Source of the DNA: Psammoneis japonica | Lineage: Eukaryota | Direction: 5' to 3' | DNA: 64,000 nt | Assembly: GCA_008632985.1 (NCBI GenBank) | Contig: QPGO01000069.1 | Location: forward strand, 124,001 to 188,000 | Shown: positions 63,203 to 64,000 of the stretch, in pieces | Layout: each line of letters opens with the position of its first letter | How positions within the stretch are numbered: the stretch's first letter is position 1 | The notes under the pieces: generated by a model | The model's input: only the letters and a program-made list of their open reading frames with translations | What the model was told of the DNA's origin: nothing | The model's database searches: none | Position numbers and translations under genes: made by a program

Positions 63203-64000
63203 CCACTGCTTGTCAGATTTGAGAGCCGTGAAAGTGGTGGGGTCACGCTTGATGCCTCGCTTGAAGTCTCATGCCGGGTCGTGTGCCTTGGTCGGGTTGG
63301 TGACATGCGGAGGTGCGAGGGGCAAGCTGCCGACGGACACAGAAGACATGCAGTCGGGGCTGAGGCAGCAGGCAAGGAACTCCTCATGCATGAACAACAA
63401 GGAGTCATTGGCAACATCAAGACCTTCGTGTGCTTTGACAATGTGCAGACTGGTCAGAGCTGCTAACATGTTCTTACAACCGCGGGGCAAAGGGATCACA
63501 TTGGTGCCATCATCGCACTCAAGCGAGTCGATTTGTGACGGCATGAACATGAACAGTTCTTGGCGCGAGTCCGTGCCGTCGTGGGTCAAAGCCAAACAAA
63601 GAGGGCTCCCAGCACCTTGGGCAAGCACAGTTCCAACAACGTGCTCAAAACCATCGGTTTGTTGCTGACGAGTGAGAACCATGGCAGACAAAAGTGGTGT
63701 CAGGACAAGCGATTCTTGTTGGGACGCGAAGGCAGACTTGAAACTTGGGTGAGAATGGACTTAACTTGAAGTGGACTTGACTTGAAATCTTGAACTACCT
63801 TAAAATCAGAAGTCGCCAGGCTGTGCTGTCCCGATCATTGTCAAGTGCTAAACTTCCCATCCGGTCCGTAGAGTTGTGCCGGCACGTGCGAACCCACAGC
63901 CAGCGGCGCTTTGGGTTGCTTGCAAGCGGAGTAGCGGGTTGTAAACCCCTGCAGGCAAGCTGACTGGAGGTGGACAAGACCCCCGAACCGTTCTCATTTT

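Larger units (their letters stand above)
57281..64000 (-). mobile_element. Ty1/copia (CoDi-like) LTR retrotransposon 3, inactivated; 5' LTR lies outside the window
   Basis: Gag FKRGIKRDP..AQARAQDV; protease ALVDRGANGG; integrase RRNEPVATD, SEPHQQHQN; RT DVKHDGRHKARL, AVCVDD; RNase H ETATCGSEF, FGDNKSV, NPADILSKH; PPT ACTGGGGAG at 57669-57677. Confidence 0.95.

Noticed and set aside
57616..63691. Alternative genetic code (His/Cys codons read as Tyr)
   Set aside because: Host genes in the same window use TAY normally, replacements go to both His and Cys, and non-coding LTRs also lack TA.
63925..63955. Small hairpin GGGTTGTAAACCC resembling a tRNA arm
   Set aside because: No cloverleaf or other tRNA elements are present; it lies in the copia 5' leader at the window edge.

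Overview
Eukaryotic nuclear DNA, most likely from a diatom: short GT-AG introns, bipartite 'ASAF/AFAP'-type plastid targeting peptides, CoDi-type copia elements and an Ambal-like LINE. A central gene block (~16.0-36.2 kb) holds an SDR, a Crypton tyrosine-recombinase transposon, an LRR protein, RPL9, a RelA/SpoT homolog, threonine dehydratase, a PRRC2-like protein, a parvulin, a HIT/P-loop fusion and a DUF296 protein. A one-gene island lies at 54.1-55.5 kb. The rest is transposon-derived: three copia LTR elements, a LINE, a MITE, tandem arrays and unidentified decayed repeats. The main observation is that these transposon blocks have lost almost every TpA dinucleotide, converted to TpG or CpA on both strands. 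Conserved Tyr codons in RT/integrase/RNase H become His or Cys (YVDD to CVDD/HIDD), and Leu/Val CTA/GTA become Pro/Ala. This happens even where CpG is still abundant, while neighbouring host genes are normal. It looks like a transposon-targeted A:T to G:C hypermutation system, opposite in direction to fungal RIP. Counts are manual tallies and family calls come from motif recognition, not database searches.
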